A stretch of 64,000 bases of DNA. Source: Spirogloea muscicola (Eukaryota). Under the pieces are notes generated by a model. The model saw nothing but the letters and a program-made list of their open reading frames with translations, was not told the origin of the DNA and searched no databases. The DNA lies in contig WELB01000005.1 of assembly GCA_009602725.1 (NCBI GenBank), positions 333,033 through 397,032 on the forward strand, written 5' to 3'. This document shows positions 1 through 13,802 of the stretch, in pieces. Each line of letters starts with the position of its first letter. Positions within the stretch are counted from its first letter, which is position 1. The translations under genes were made by a program, and so were the position numbers.

Positions 1-93
1 CGCCGCCGTCGCCGGCGGCGGCTGCCTCCTTGGCCGCAGCGGCGGCGGCAGTGACTGAGGCAGCGCTGCGGCGGCGGCGGCGGCGGCGGCGCC

Positions 94-2065
94 ATGGGCA
101 AGAACGAGTTCTTGACGCCCAAGGCGATAGCGAACCGCATCAAGGCCAAGGGGCTGCAGAAGCTGCGGTGGTACTGCCAGATGTGCCAGAAGCAGTGCCG
201 CGACGAGAACGGGTTCAAGTGCCACTGCATGTCCGAGGGCCACCAGCGGCAGATGCAGGTGTTCGGCCAGGCGCCGCAGCGCGTCGTCGACGGGTACACC
301 GAGGAGTTCGAGCGCACGTTCGTGGAGCACGTCCGCCGCTCCCACCGCTTCTCGCGCGTTGCTGGTAGCCCCGCATCGTCCGCCCGGTTTCTCTTACTGA
401 TCATCAAAAAGCCATCAAGAATCATAAACCTTAACCCCTAACTGCTAGAGTCTTCGGCCCTTGGCTCGCCAGTGGGGGGGTCTCAGCCCTCTATTATATG
501 CAGTCAAAGGCAAGCGGTTAATCACTCCAGGAGTCCAGAATCGATAATTAGGGTTTAGGATTATATACAGGTCATATGCATTATGGTTTTCAAATGAAAG
601 CTTTAATGGCATGAGGTGACTGCCTGGTGACTACTCTCACAGTGAGGCTCCAAGTGGTCTCCGAGTTAGTCCCAGCGCCAGCCTCGGCTTCGCGCGCACG
701 GGCAGCAGCGACGACTTGGGCACTTTAGGAGCGCCACAGTTTGCTTGCTGCTCGCTCGTCTTGCGTGCCCGTAGTCTTCTCTCATCCTCTCCTTGGTTCC
801 TCTGGTTCTGCTGCTATGCAGTTATGAAGTAGGCTCCTTGTACCTCTATCTTAGACCAAACCCTTGTTGTCAGCTGGATTGCCAGTCTTGAGTCTGATTT
901 GCACTTGAAGAGGCGCATTATCAGCATGACTGTCTCTGACAGCTTGTCGCCTTCACTGTCGTGTCCTGCCATTGGCGGCTTGCGTGCAGCGACGGTGCTG
1001 TACAATGAGTACATTGCGGATCGTCACCACGTGCACATGAACGCGACCAACTGGGCGACGCTGACCGACTTCGTGAAGCACCTCGGGCGCACGGGCGTGG
1101 CCAAGGTGGAGGAGACGCCCAAGGGCTGGTTCCTCACACTGATCGACCGGGAGCCGGAGACGCTACTGCGCGAGGGCCTAGCGCGCAAGCGTGAGCGCGG
1201 CGAGCTTGCTGGTGCCGAGCGTGCCGAGCGCGAGCTGCATGATCAGATCGAGCGCGCTGCCAAGGAGGCGAGAGTCGACGAATCCGCGGCCGCGGACGCA
1301 GAGCCAGTGGGCACAGAGCTCCAGCGGCCTCCTGACGGCGCTGGCGAGAAGGTTGCATTTGCTCTACGGCCTGAGGAGCGGCCAGCAGCAGTGGCAACAT
1401 CGGCTGCACCAGCAACAAGCAGAGGAACCTCAACGTCGTCGGTGCGCCGGCCATCGATTTTCGAGGAGGAAGAGGCGCAAGCCAATCGCGACGGCGGTGG
1501 CGCTGCTGAGGTTGCCAACGGCGGCGGCAGCAGAGGTGTAATGCGGGAGGATGGAAGGGGCAATGGCAGCAAGGCCCGTAGAGCTGACGGCAGGAGCACC
1601 AACGGCGGCAGTTCCGGCTTGGGCGGCGGAGTGGCGGCTGAGCTCATGAGGGAGGCGGAGGCCGCCAAGGAGCGGGCAGGCCGCCGCGACTACTGGCTGT
1701 CTGTGGGCCTCGTTGTGAAGGTCATGAGTGCAGCGCTGCGGGAGGAGGGGTACTACAAGCAGAAGGGCGTGGTGACAGGTGTCATCGGGCGGTATGTAGG
1801 CGAGGTGCGCATCGTGGGCAGCGGCGACGTGCTGCGAGTCGATCAGGCGGAGCTTGAGACGGTGCTGCCTCCGCCTGGCGGACCCGTGCGTATCGTCAAC
1901 GGCGCCTACCGCGGCTACCTCGGCCGCCTGCTAGGCGTCGACACTGCTGCCTTTGCCGCCTCCGTACGGCTTGAGCGCGGCCCGTATGACGGCAAGGTGC
2001 TGCCGGCTGTCGACTACGAGGATGTCTGCAAAGTTGACGCAGCCTTCATCGATCAGAAAACCTGA
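94..2065 (+). CDS. KIN17: KIN17 DNA/RNA-binding protein (2 exons: 94-364, 990-2065)
   Basis: N-terminal MGKNEFLTPKAIANRIKAKGLQKLRWYCQMCQKQCRDENGFKCHCMSEGHQRQM zinc finger. Phase-1 GT-AG intron 365-989 joins RVA to ATVLYNEYI..HHVHMNAT.W. C-terminal KOW/SH3-like region (LETVLP..GG.V.IVNG.YRG..YEDVCK). Confidence 0.96.
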
Positions 2066-3193
2066 CCTTAGTTCCTTCTCCTGCAGTGAAAGTAGCCCAG
2101 CCCTTCTGTGCCCAAGTCCTTGTACTCTGTATTAATGTATATTTAGCCCAAGGTCTTTGTAAGATCCAGTGGTGCAACTCATCTACATGCTCCATGTATC
2201 GGGACCATTACTGCCTATCAGCAAGCGTTTAGCGTTCTTTGAAACAGCTTACTTCTCTTTTCTGAATGAGCTGCTTGCGCTGTCATAACATCGCCCAACG
2301 CACACCGAATTGTGACTTAACGCCTTCGAGCTCGTTTGGACCTTGTCTATATTTGCGTTGGCCTTCACAGCAATCGCCCCCATTCTAAGCGCCCAGTTTG
2401 CCTAGCCTGTGGATCCGCCTATATACCTATGGATACCCTTAGTATGCAGCTGGCTGGCTTTTAACACCGCTCTTTTACTATCAGCCGCCGCACCCGTCTG
2501 GGAGGAACTAGTCCACAGCCAACGCCCCCACTGGTAGAGCTGTCCACTGGGAGAGCCTTGTCATCATTATTCTTTATTTGTGTAACTCCTTAGGCAAAGC
2601 CCCTGCAGAAACAGACGGTGACTGGGGAGCTGGAATGCCATGTACCACATGCATGCGCGCACGCGGAAAGTGCGGTAAGTACGCAATGGTCGCTGGCCGG
2701 CTGTCAGCAAGCATCTGCCAACCGTTTGCCAAGAAGCCCATGAGCTCGATTGGTATACAGCTGGGCTTCCAAAGCTACAACTTCGCAAAGACGTACTCCT
2801 GATTGATCGAGCCTCCTTGGAAATAGAGTTTCTCAGCAGATGCTTTCTCCGCAACAATTTTAGTTGCTGAATGAAGCCCTCTGCAACGGCCTGAGGCAGT
2901 ATCGTAGATTTCAGATCTAAGATCTGGTATCTTAGATCTAGTAGACAGGTTCTTTCTGAAGCATCAATGAGCGTCAGGGTAGCAGGGAACTCACTGCCAC
3001 ACCAGTATATGAAGATATCAGACGTGTACGCAAAAGACTAAAGATTGCTCTGTTGCTCTTCAATGCCGAGCAGCGCCACTGCTGGTTGAGACTAACATTT
3101 CTAGACGATAGCACGAAGCCAGGACTACTAATTTGAGGAATGGATGCTTCTTGACATTAGAGGCAGAATAAGGGCTTGATGGTCATGGCCGCG

Positions 3194-6100
3194 TCACCAG
3201 GCCATGGCACAGCCGTCTGCGCGGGGGTCGGAGCCGGCGCATAGCACGCCAGTCTTAGGGTCTCGCAGGATGACCTGGCCACGGCCAAAGTGGACACGGG
3301 CAGCGCCCGTCGCGAGCTCCACACGGTGGCCCATTGCTCGAAGCGCTCCAGCAACGGCTACCCGATTGGGCCCATCCTCGAGGTAGAAAAAGGATGTGGC
3401 GACTGGGTGCGGCCCGTGGCCTGCCTCCAAGCATGGGAGGCCACCAATGCAGAACCGAGGCGCGTCCAGCGCCGCCTGTGGGTTGAGGCCAAAGTCCACC
3501 AGGTTGCTAATGACCTGTCTCAGGATCAATGTTTACGTCATTGTGTGCAAGAAAGGAGCCCTCAATGTAGTGCGCAGTGAGAATCTTCATCACAATGCTG
3601 CCAGAAAAATGGCACAAGATGGAGCAACAACTGTGACTTGGCAACCACAGTCTTAGTGATAAATTCATCAAACCACACCCAAAACCTTGAGAATTTGGTC
3701 AACCTGCATATGCCCCTGGGGCTGCATGAAGCCGCCCATGACACCAAAGACGCTGTGAAGGTCGCCTGCGTCGCCGCCCTTGAGGGTTGTCTGATTGCCA
3801 TATTCAGTATTCCCGGCAACACCCTGTCCAGACGCTGGCGCAGATGTGGTGGTAAGCCCCGGCATGATCGTGTGGTATGGCCGCTTGCGCGGCCCAACGC
3901 AGTTGGGATGCCCTGCATCGAGTGAGAAGCTGTGGCCACGATTCTGGAGTGTGAAGCCACAGCCGGCTGGGATGATGCCCGTCCCAAAGCCCCAGTAGTT
4001 GGAGTTGATCATTGAGCACCCATTGCCGTCACCGTCGACCACTGCAAAGTAGACCGTGTCGGCGCCACCCGGGCGCGTGGGCAGGCCCGCTTCAATAGCC
4101 ACAGACTGCTTGGTCTGGATCAGCTTGGCCCTGGACGCTGCGTACTCCTGCGCTGAGTACAGCGTCACTAGCATCAGGGGAAGTGTGAGAAATCTGATAG
4201 TGTACTGTAGACCATGATCCTCATCACTAGTCGATTCGTTACTGTCACTCAATGCTCATGCTCCTTATCAATTTCTTGCCTTTTCAGAGGGAGCACGCAC
4301 CTTCGAAAGGAGGTCATCAGTAGGGCAGGGCGCATGAAAGGGATCAGCGACGTGCGTGAGGGAGTCAGCAAAGGCCATCCGCATCGCCTCTATTGCAATG
4401 TGAAGGTACTCAGGCGAGCCTCTCGGCAGCTTGCCCACATCCCCATATGCCTGCAGCGCAGCCCGTGACCCTTGTGAGCGCTGGAAATATGTGCTTGGGC
4501 ATTATCCAATGGGCATTATCCAATTTACAGGCCCCAATTGAGAAGTCAATGTCTGGAGAGTCCTATACTGTGTTATCGTCGTCTTCCTGCTGCAATCTAT
4601 AATTTCTGTGTCTTAGTCAAAAGTCTGCTTCGACTTGTAAAGAACGCTCCAGGCTCTATCATCCCCAGATGTCCACAATCTGGATGCATCAAACTGATAC
4701 CAGCTGCTTCCAGCCTTTGATTTCCCGAGTTAGGCACGAGCTCCCTGTGATGGGCTTAACAAGCCCCGCATTCTGGTTAAGCCTATAGAGTAGTGGACCA
4801 AGGTCCTGACCCCTCACCTCCATGATGTTGAGGGCCTCGAGGGCGGCAACGCCCTGCGTGGGCGGGGGAACCTCCCAGACGCGCAGGCCACGATATGTTG
4901 AGCAGATGGGCGCCTCGAAAGCTGTGCGGTGGGCAGCGAGGTCCTCCAGCGCCAGCACACCTCCGAGCGCCTGGACGGCCTCTACGATGGCGGCTGCCAC
5001 GCGGCCCTCGTAGAAGCCGGCCTTGCCCTCAGCGGCGAGCGCTCGGAAGGTCTTGGCGAGCAGGGGGAGGCGCATCACCTCGCCGGGGCGCGGAGCGCGC
5101 GTGCCCTCGTACAGCATGTCGCCTGCGTGAGGGCCACCCTGAGCAGACGTAAAGGACCAGACTTCAGGGCAGTATCTTGTGTTGAATTCTGGCCTTTAGC
5201 ACTAATTGTCTGCCTAAGCACCCGGAAGAGCCATTTGAATTTTTGTGCTGCAATAGCTGCAGCCTTGTGATGAACCCCGGTGCATATATCGATGAGTAGA
5301 CCCCCACATACGCCAGGGTCCACTTGTGCTTCCAATTCATTGGGACCAGCTGTGACTTGAATGGAACAGAAGTTGCACCTTGAAGCTCTGGACTCTTTAG
5401 GACCTCTCAACACAATGTGAAGTAGGCAAACCCTTCTTCCTCAGCTGAGCCTTGTGCCTCACCTGCAGCAGCTGAGGGATGCCTAGCTCCCACTGCGCCG
5501 CCGTGACTGGCGAAACCGGATAACCGCCCTTCGCAGCCATTGGCGGGGGCATCAATGAAGAGTTGCGGCCAGGATGCCAAACGAGGTCAAATACCAGAGC
5601 CTCTTATATGTTTCAAGGATCAAAGCTCAAGTCTAAGCCCGTGATTACATTTCAGGGTGCTACAATCAAGCATTGCATCTAGACATCCTAGAATTCCAGC
5701 TGAGCTTCCGAGCTCTCGAATGTGCAGCCAGCTTCATGACTCAACTTCATAGACCTTAGCAAGTACACTGCATGGAGCTTCTATCTTTTACAAATGTTTA
5801 TAACCGGTGGCCAAGCCTGCAGTAACGGCCAATTGCCTCGAGCTTGGGCAAAGGGGGTGTCCCGAGCTGGCACCTCAGCAAGCTCGATCGCAGGCTGCAG
5901 GACCTCCGCCAGCGATAGGTGCCCGTACTTCTCAACGATGTCCGCCCAGGCGGCCGCCGCTCCCGGGACGGTGACGGTGATGGCGTGCAGAGGCGGCAGC
6001 ATGTGCTTGCACCCGCGCTCCTTTGCCAGCTCCAGCGTCAGGGCTGGTCAACATCCGAGCGGCGGGCAAGGATTAAGCACAACTGGAGCTGCAGTGATGA

Positions 6101-6800
6101 TGCAATCATTCCACCTTATGCATTTACATCTGATGACCACTGAACAAGTGCCTGGAGGCACTGGCATGAGTTGACCGGCGTTGTCGCACGTTGACGTATC
6201 AGGAAAGCCATTTACTTCTAATCAGACGTGAGGCTTCCACTCCTTATTCTGTCGAGAACCCGGGGCTGGCTTAAGACAGCCACCGACTCAATTGGTAAAG
6301 GTATGTTACTGTAAATGCGTCAATTTTGCTCCCAGCTAATGATGGTGGCGCTGCTGCGAGCTGACCTGCCGGGCTGCGGCCGTTGCCCTGCACGCTCTCC
6401 ACGGCGCGGCGCCGGGCGTCGTACCACAGCGCAAAGGCGTCGCCGCCGATGCCCGTGGAGCACGGCTCGGTGACGTTGAGCGCGGCGGCCATGGCCACGG
6501 CGGCGTCAGCGGCGTTGCCGCCGGCCTGCAGGATCCGGAGGCCTGCGCCGCCGCCGCCACCGCCGCCAGTGGGAGGTGTGCCTCGTCAGAGGAGCTCGAT
6601 TCCCAGCACACCCGCAGCGGCGGATGGCCATGGCGGCGACGCTGGAGGCCAGCCAAGCTGAGCTGAGCAGATCATGAGCCCTCACCGGCGGCGGAGGCGA
6701 GCGGCTGCGACGACGCGACAGCGCCGCGCAGGCCGTAGACCGGCGACCGGCGCGAGGCGAAGTCGAGCAAGGCAGCGGCAGGCGCCGGCGCCGGCGCCAT
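3194..6800 (-). CDS. Gamma-glutamyltranspeptidase / glutathione hydrolase, bacterial YwrD-like type, multi-exon
   Basis: ATG at 6800 ([36 protein letters not shown]). Exons encode [38 protein letters not shown], the nucleophile region [51 protein letters not shown] and C-terminal GSDPRADG. No obvious signal peptide. Confidence 0.93.
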
Positions 6801-7295
6801 GGCCGGCGTCGCCGCCGGTCCCTCGGGCTCNCGCCGCCGCCGCCGCCGCCACCGCCGCGTTCTGCTGCGCGAATGCCGGCGCGCCCGCCGCGGACGGGGG
6901 CCCCAAAACAGCAGATTGACGGAAATGAGTTGACGACGTTCGAAGGGTGCCGAAACGCGCTGAAAGACATAATTAAGCTAGGATCACTCAGTAACCTCTG
7001 GTTAGGAGGCGCAAGCTAGTCCAAATCTACCATGTGAGAGAGTCTTGCAGTCTCCAATAAACCCCTCTCCAAGTAAACGATTCAGTGGACTGTTCCAAAC
7101 GGTAGTACCTCCCCACGAGACTGCAGGCCGCGCCCCCCGGGGCCTCCTGCACTGCCGCCGCCGCCGCCGCCGCCGCCACCGTCGCCGCCGCCGCTGGCGA
7201 GTGGCCAGGTGGCGCATGATCGGACGTGCGCGAGGAGCTACAGCACATTGATTAGTGTCGATCTGCATGCTGCGATCAGCTCCCAGTCTCACTTC

Positions 7296-9993
7296 ATGGC
7301 GAGCTCGACGCACCAGCAGCCTCGGCCTCCTGGCGTTTGCAAGGAGATCCCGCCACTAGCGGACGTGGCAATCTGCTGCAGTTTTAAGTCTGATAAAGCC
7401 ACAGTGTCGTCTACAAGACAAGGATTTGCATCGCCCGTCGAGGCAGGTCGCAAGCGGCGGCGGGTTGAGGTGCATCCCATGAAGGATCTGACGCAGCTTC
7501 TTCTCCACAAATTATGCGTGGCTTCGGGAGATCCAATCAATCTGCTCAAGGTGCGGCTAGAGAGTTGTACTTCTGACTTAAGTGCAGATTGCATGCTTGT
7601 GACAGTCTGTGGATGACGCATATCAATGACCTCATTGTTAGCCGCTGCCTTTGACAGTTCCTTGCATGCGGCTACAATATCTTTGGAACTCGATTTTGTG
7701 TTTCTTCATGGTATCGCTTGTTTGCATATAGGCCGGGACTTTACCTTGGCTAGATATCTTATCTACTGGTCATATTGAACAGGTCAAGGACGAGATCACA
7801 ATGGAATGGAAGTCTATGGTAGGATAGCAGTCTGCTAGCCAGATGCTACCTGACTCTCGCAGCAAAGAACCCGAACTTGCACACTCGTGCCCCGATAGCG
7901 AAAGAGCCTTCTCAGGACCACTCGTACAAAATGACATCATAGTACTATGTGTTTATCATGAGTGGTGCTAGATTTCTGTGCTGTGAGAATGAGTGCCTCT
8001 CAGCTTATTACGGACCTTAAACACTAGCATTGTGCCGCAAAATATCACTGATGCAGTGCACACGTAAGAGTCCTGCCAGGCGAGTGTATGACGTTGTCAA
8101 CGTTCTTCAAGGGGCAGGTGAGAGTGCAGTAGGGGAACAGAAATTATTCCTGCTAAGATGCCTGGAATGTCTCAAGACATCACGATCAATAATTGAAGCG
8201 TGCAGTAACCTGTATGATTAAGGTTCAGCTACCATTTATGGCTGATCACAGGTCTACTTGCTCGAAGTGGCGTAGTAGGACTGAAGCAGCCCAAAGTAGA
8301 AGGCCTAGTCGTGTTTGGAGAGGCCACTGAGAAGAAGATGCTCCCCTGCAGTCCGCACCTTGCGAAAGAGGCGCGAGGACTGGCCGAGATAAGGTGGCTT
8401 GCATTTGTTGTACTTGCGCATTGACTGCTGAGTCTCCTCGTAATACTCCGCCCGTTCAAGAGTAGAAGATGGCTGTGTTGTTCGCTATACCTTGATTGTT
8501 GCAGATTGGCACAGGTCAGCTTGCCATGTGCTTGAAAGCAGCACTGTACCCTCTAAGTCTCGAATATGTTGCAGCTGGCTTGGGGTTTGCTCCACCAAGA
8601 CAACGGTCCTGCGGCAAGCAGAAAATCAAGGCTTTCACCAAGCAGCGCTGCAGGTGGGCCAGCTTTTTAAAATGAGCCAGTGCAGGTTACATTTATGCTT
8701 CTTGATCAGCATCCATACAGGCTGCCCACTAGCACAGAGTTTCTGCCGCTAGCATCTGTATTTATCGAGAACAATGTGTATGAGCTGCTATTGTGGTAAT
8801 ACTTCTTTCAACCTCAGTGATAGTGAGCTTTTCTGCAGCAAGCTCTGGCCTGTATACGTGTGAGAATTGCCAGCAAAAAGCAGCAGCTCCGTCGTGAGAC
8901 CGAGAAGGTATTCCTCAATCATCTTCTGATGTGCTGTGTGGTACTTGTAGCTTGTGCACTCAGCGTAATCCATCTTGTTGACTACAGCCGAGATCTACAT
9001 GTAAGGCCACAGGGACGTCACACCCAGGATAAGGATACCACCTATGTTGTTAGATGCCCTCGATGTCTGGGAAGAAAGACAATACTTGATCCTCGCCTTT
9101 GTCGGAGATGCACTTTCCATATCTTTGGATGTATAAGTCTGGTTGATGGAAGCTGCGCCTGCACTGGCCAGGTAATGAGCATCAAGCGACTTATATTACT
9201 AAATCGCTCAAGAGCAGGAAGTGCGACCAAGACATCGGCAGCAGGTTTGCTCCTCAGGGCCTGCGTGCTCATGGAAGGCCTTGCCAAATGGCATCTCATT
9301 ACACGTGCATGCATGTGTGCAATGGTCGTATTTGATTGCCCAAAGTAAACACCAAACCTATAACGCACCCCATTGTATTCATTCTACATGTGTAAGTCAG
9401 ACAACACAGCTAGACAGCATACTAACCAATCAAAGACTTCCAACATGCAGGGGCAGCCTCGCTCAGTGCTGCTGGTAAAGAGAGTGCAGTAGCAAATGAT
9501 GGACTGTGCAGCGAGCGCAAGTCAATTGCCCAAGCTTTTCAACCATTCATCATTGCTGCTACACACCGAGATAAGTGTGTATCTAACCAACGTATGCGCT
9601 TGCCATGTCTGCAAGCATGTGATACTTACAGAACAATGTGCAAACCTCATTACAGCATGCCAATGGCCCACTATGTGTATTATCATCCCGTACCTAGAAT
9701 CACGAGCCATGATGACATTGTTCGACCGCTGGCATGGCTGCAGCAAAGTAAACATTCACAGGCATGAGCGAACTGCCAACAAAGTTGACATAGGACTGGA
9801 TGGCGACTTTCATCTATTCGATCACCTGCAAGCGATCAGACTGGTCACGGACTACAGGTACTCAGTAAGGGCCCCGCCAGTGTCGCCGACTGTAAAAGAC
9901 ACATTCAGATAGTCAGCTGTCACCTTGCGAGGGTGGCTACATATGAATTCTTGTTCTATATTGAGGCTCAGGGGTCCCAGGGCTCAACAATAA
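7296..9993 (+). CDS. Divergent DP-like (E2F/DP family) transcription factor, about 10 exons; ends approximate
   Basis: Phase-consistent GT-AG exons give winged-helix RRVYDVVNVLQGAGLL...EISWLG (about 8057-8590), coiled coil IRVRIASKKQQLRRETEK|VMSIKRLILLNRS (8839-9244), and a DP dimerisation-like segment QPFIIAATHRDNKVNIHRHE..VDIGLDGDFHLFDHLQAIRLV (9451-9573, 9744-9858). Start codon and last exon are uncertain. Confidence 0.7.
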
Positions 9994-10634
9994 TCAAGAT
10001 TCAAATGACTTCCACGGATCACATACTGGATGCCTTGCGTGAAGGCTGACATCATAGGACTCCCTGCTGTTGAGCCGTTCATGAGCAGTCGGTGAGAACG
10101 TTGGCATCTAATCTGCAGCTAGGCATGCAGTGGGCGAGGCAATGACCAGACTTGCATCCCAGGTCACTGACGTGATTTGCAAGCCCAGCAGCCAAGAAGC
10201 TGCAGCTGCGGAGCAGTAGAAGTCAAGAGCGAAGTAGTCCTGGCTCGTTGCACCCTCTCAGCCAGTGCGCCGGCCCTTGCACTTGCAACTCTGCTTTTAC
10301 CGCATGCTCATGGTTATGACTGGATATTGTAGCTCTTGTGACTCATGCATATGCACCAAACTCTTTCTCTCTGCCTCCTTACCTCATATGACTGATCATT
10401 TCTGACCAGGGTTGAGCCAGCGTAAGGCTAGTCTGCTGTAGCATCGTATGCTTTTTGCAGGCAATCGACTGCTGTATGTGGCAAATCCTTATTTAGCAGC
10501 CAATCCTCTTTCACGGATACTGTTATCCCAGAGAGTGAAGGTTGCAGAGCTTGCCAGACCAGACATGCAGAGGAAGCAAAAGGGTGGTGATCATGCGTAG
10601 GTATATATGCAACTTCGATCTGCAAGTGCCATTG

Positions 10635-13321
<2,687 letters not shown>

Positions 13322-13802
13322 NNNNNNNNNNNNNNNNNNNNNNNNNNNNNNNNNNNNNNNNNNNNNNNNNNNNNNNNNNNNNNNNNNNNNNNNNNNNNNN
13401 NNNNNNNNNNNNNNNNNNNNNNNNNNNNNNNNNNNNNNNNNNNNNNNNNNNNNNNNNNNNNNNNNNNNNNNNNNNNNNNNNNNNNNNNNNNNNNNNNNNN
13501 NNNNNNNNNNNNNNNNNNNNNNNNNNNNNNNNNNNNNNNNNNNNNNNNNNNNNNNNNNNNNNNNNNNNNNNNNNNNNNNNNNNNNNNNNNNNNNNNNNNN
13601 NNNNNNNNNNNNNNNNNNNNNNNNNNNNNNNNNNNNNNNNNNNNNNNNNNNNNNNNNNNNNNNNNNNNNNNNNNNNNNNNNNNNNNNNNNNNNNNNNNNN
13701 NNNNNNNNNNNNNNNNNNNNNNNNNNNNNNNNNNNNNNNNNNNNNNNNNNNNNNNNNNNNNNNNNNNNNNNNNNNNNNNNNNNNNNNNNNNNNNNNNNNN
13801 NN

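Noticed and set aside
8990..9170. Cys-rich CPRCLG..CRRC..CAC segment as a zinc finger on the DP-like protein
   Set aside because: It lies in the intron between ETEK| and |VMSIKRL; removing it gives the DP-like coiled coil.
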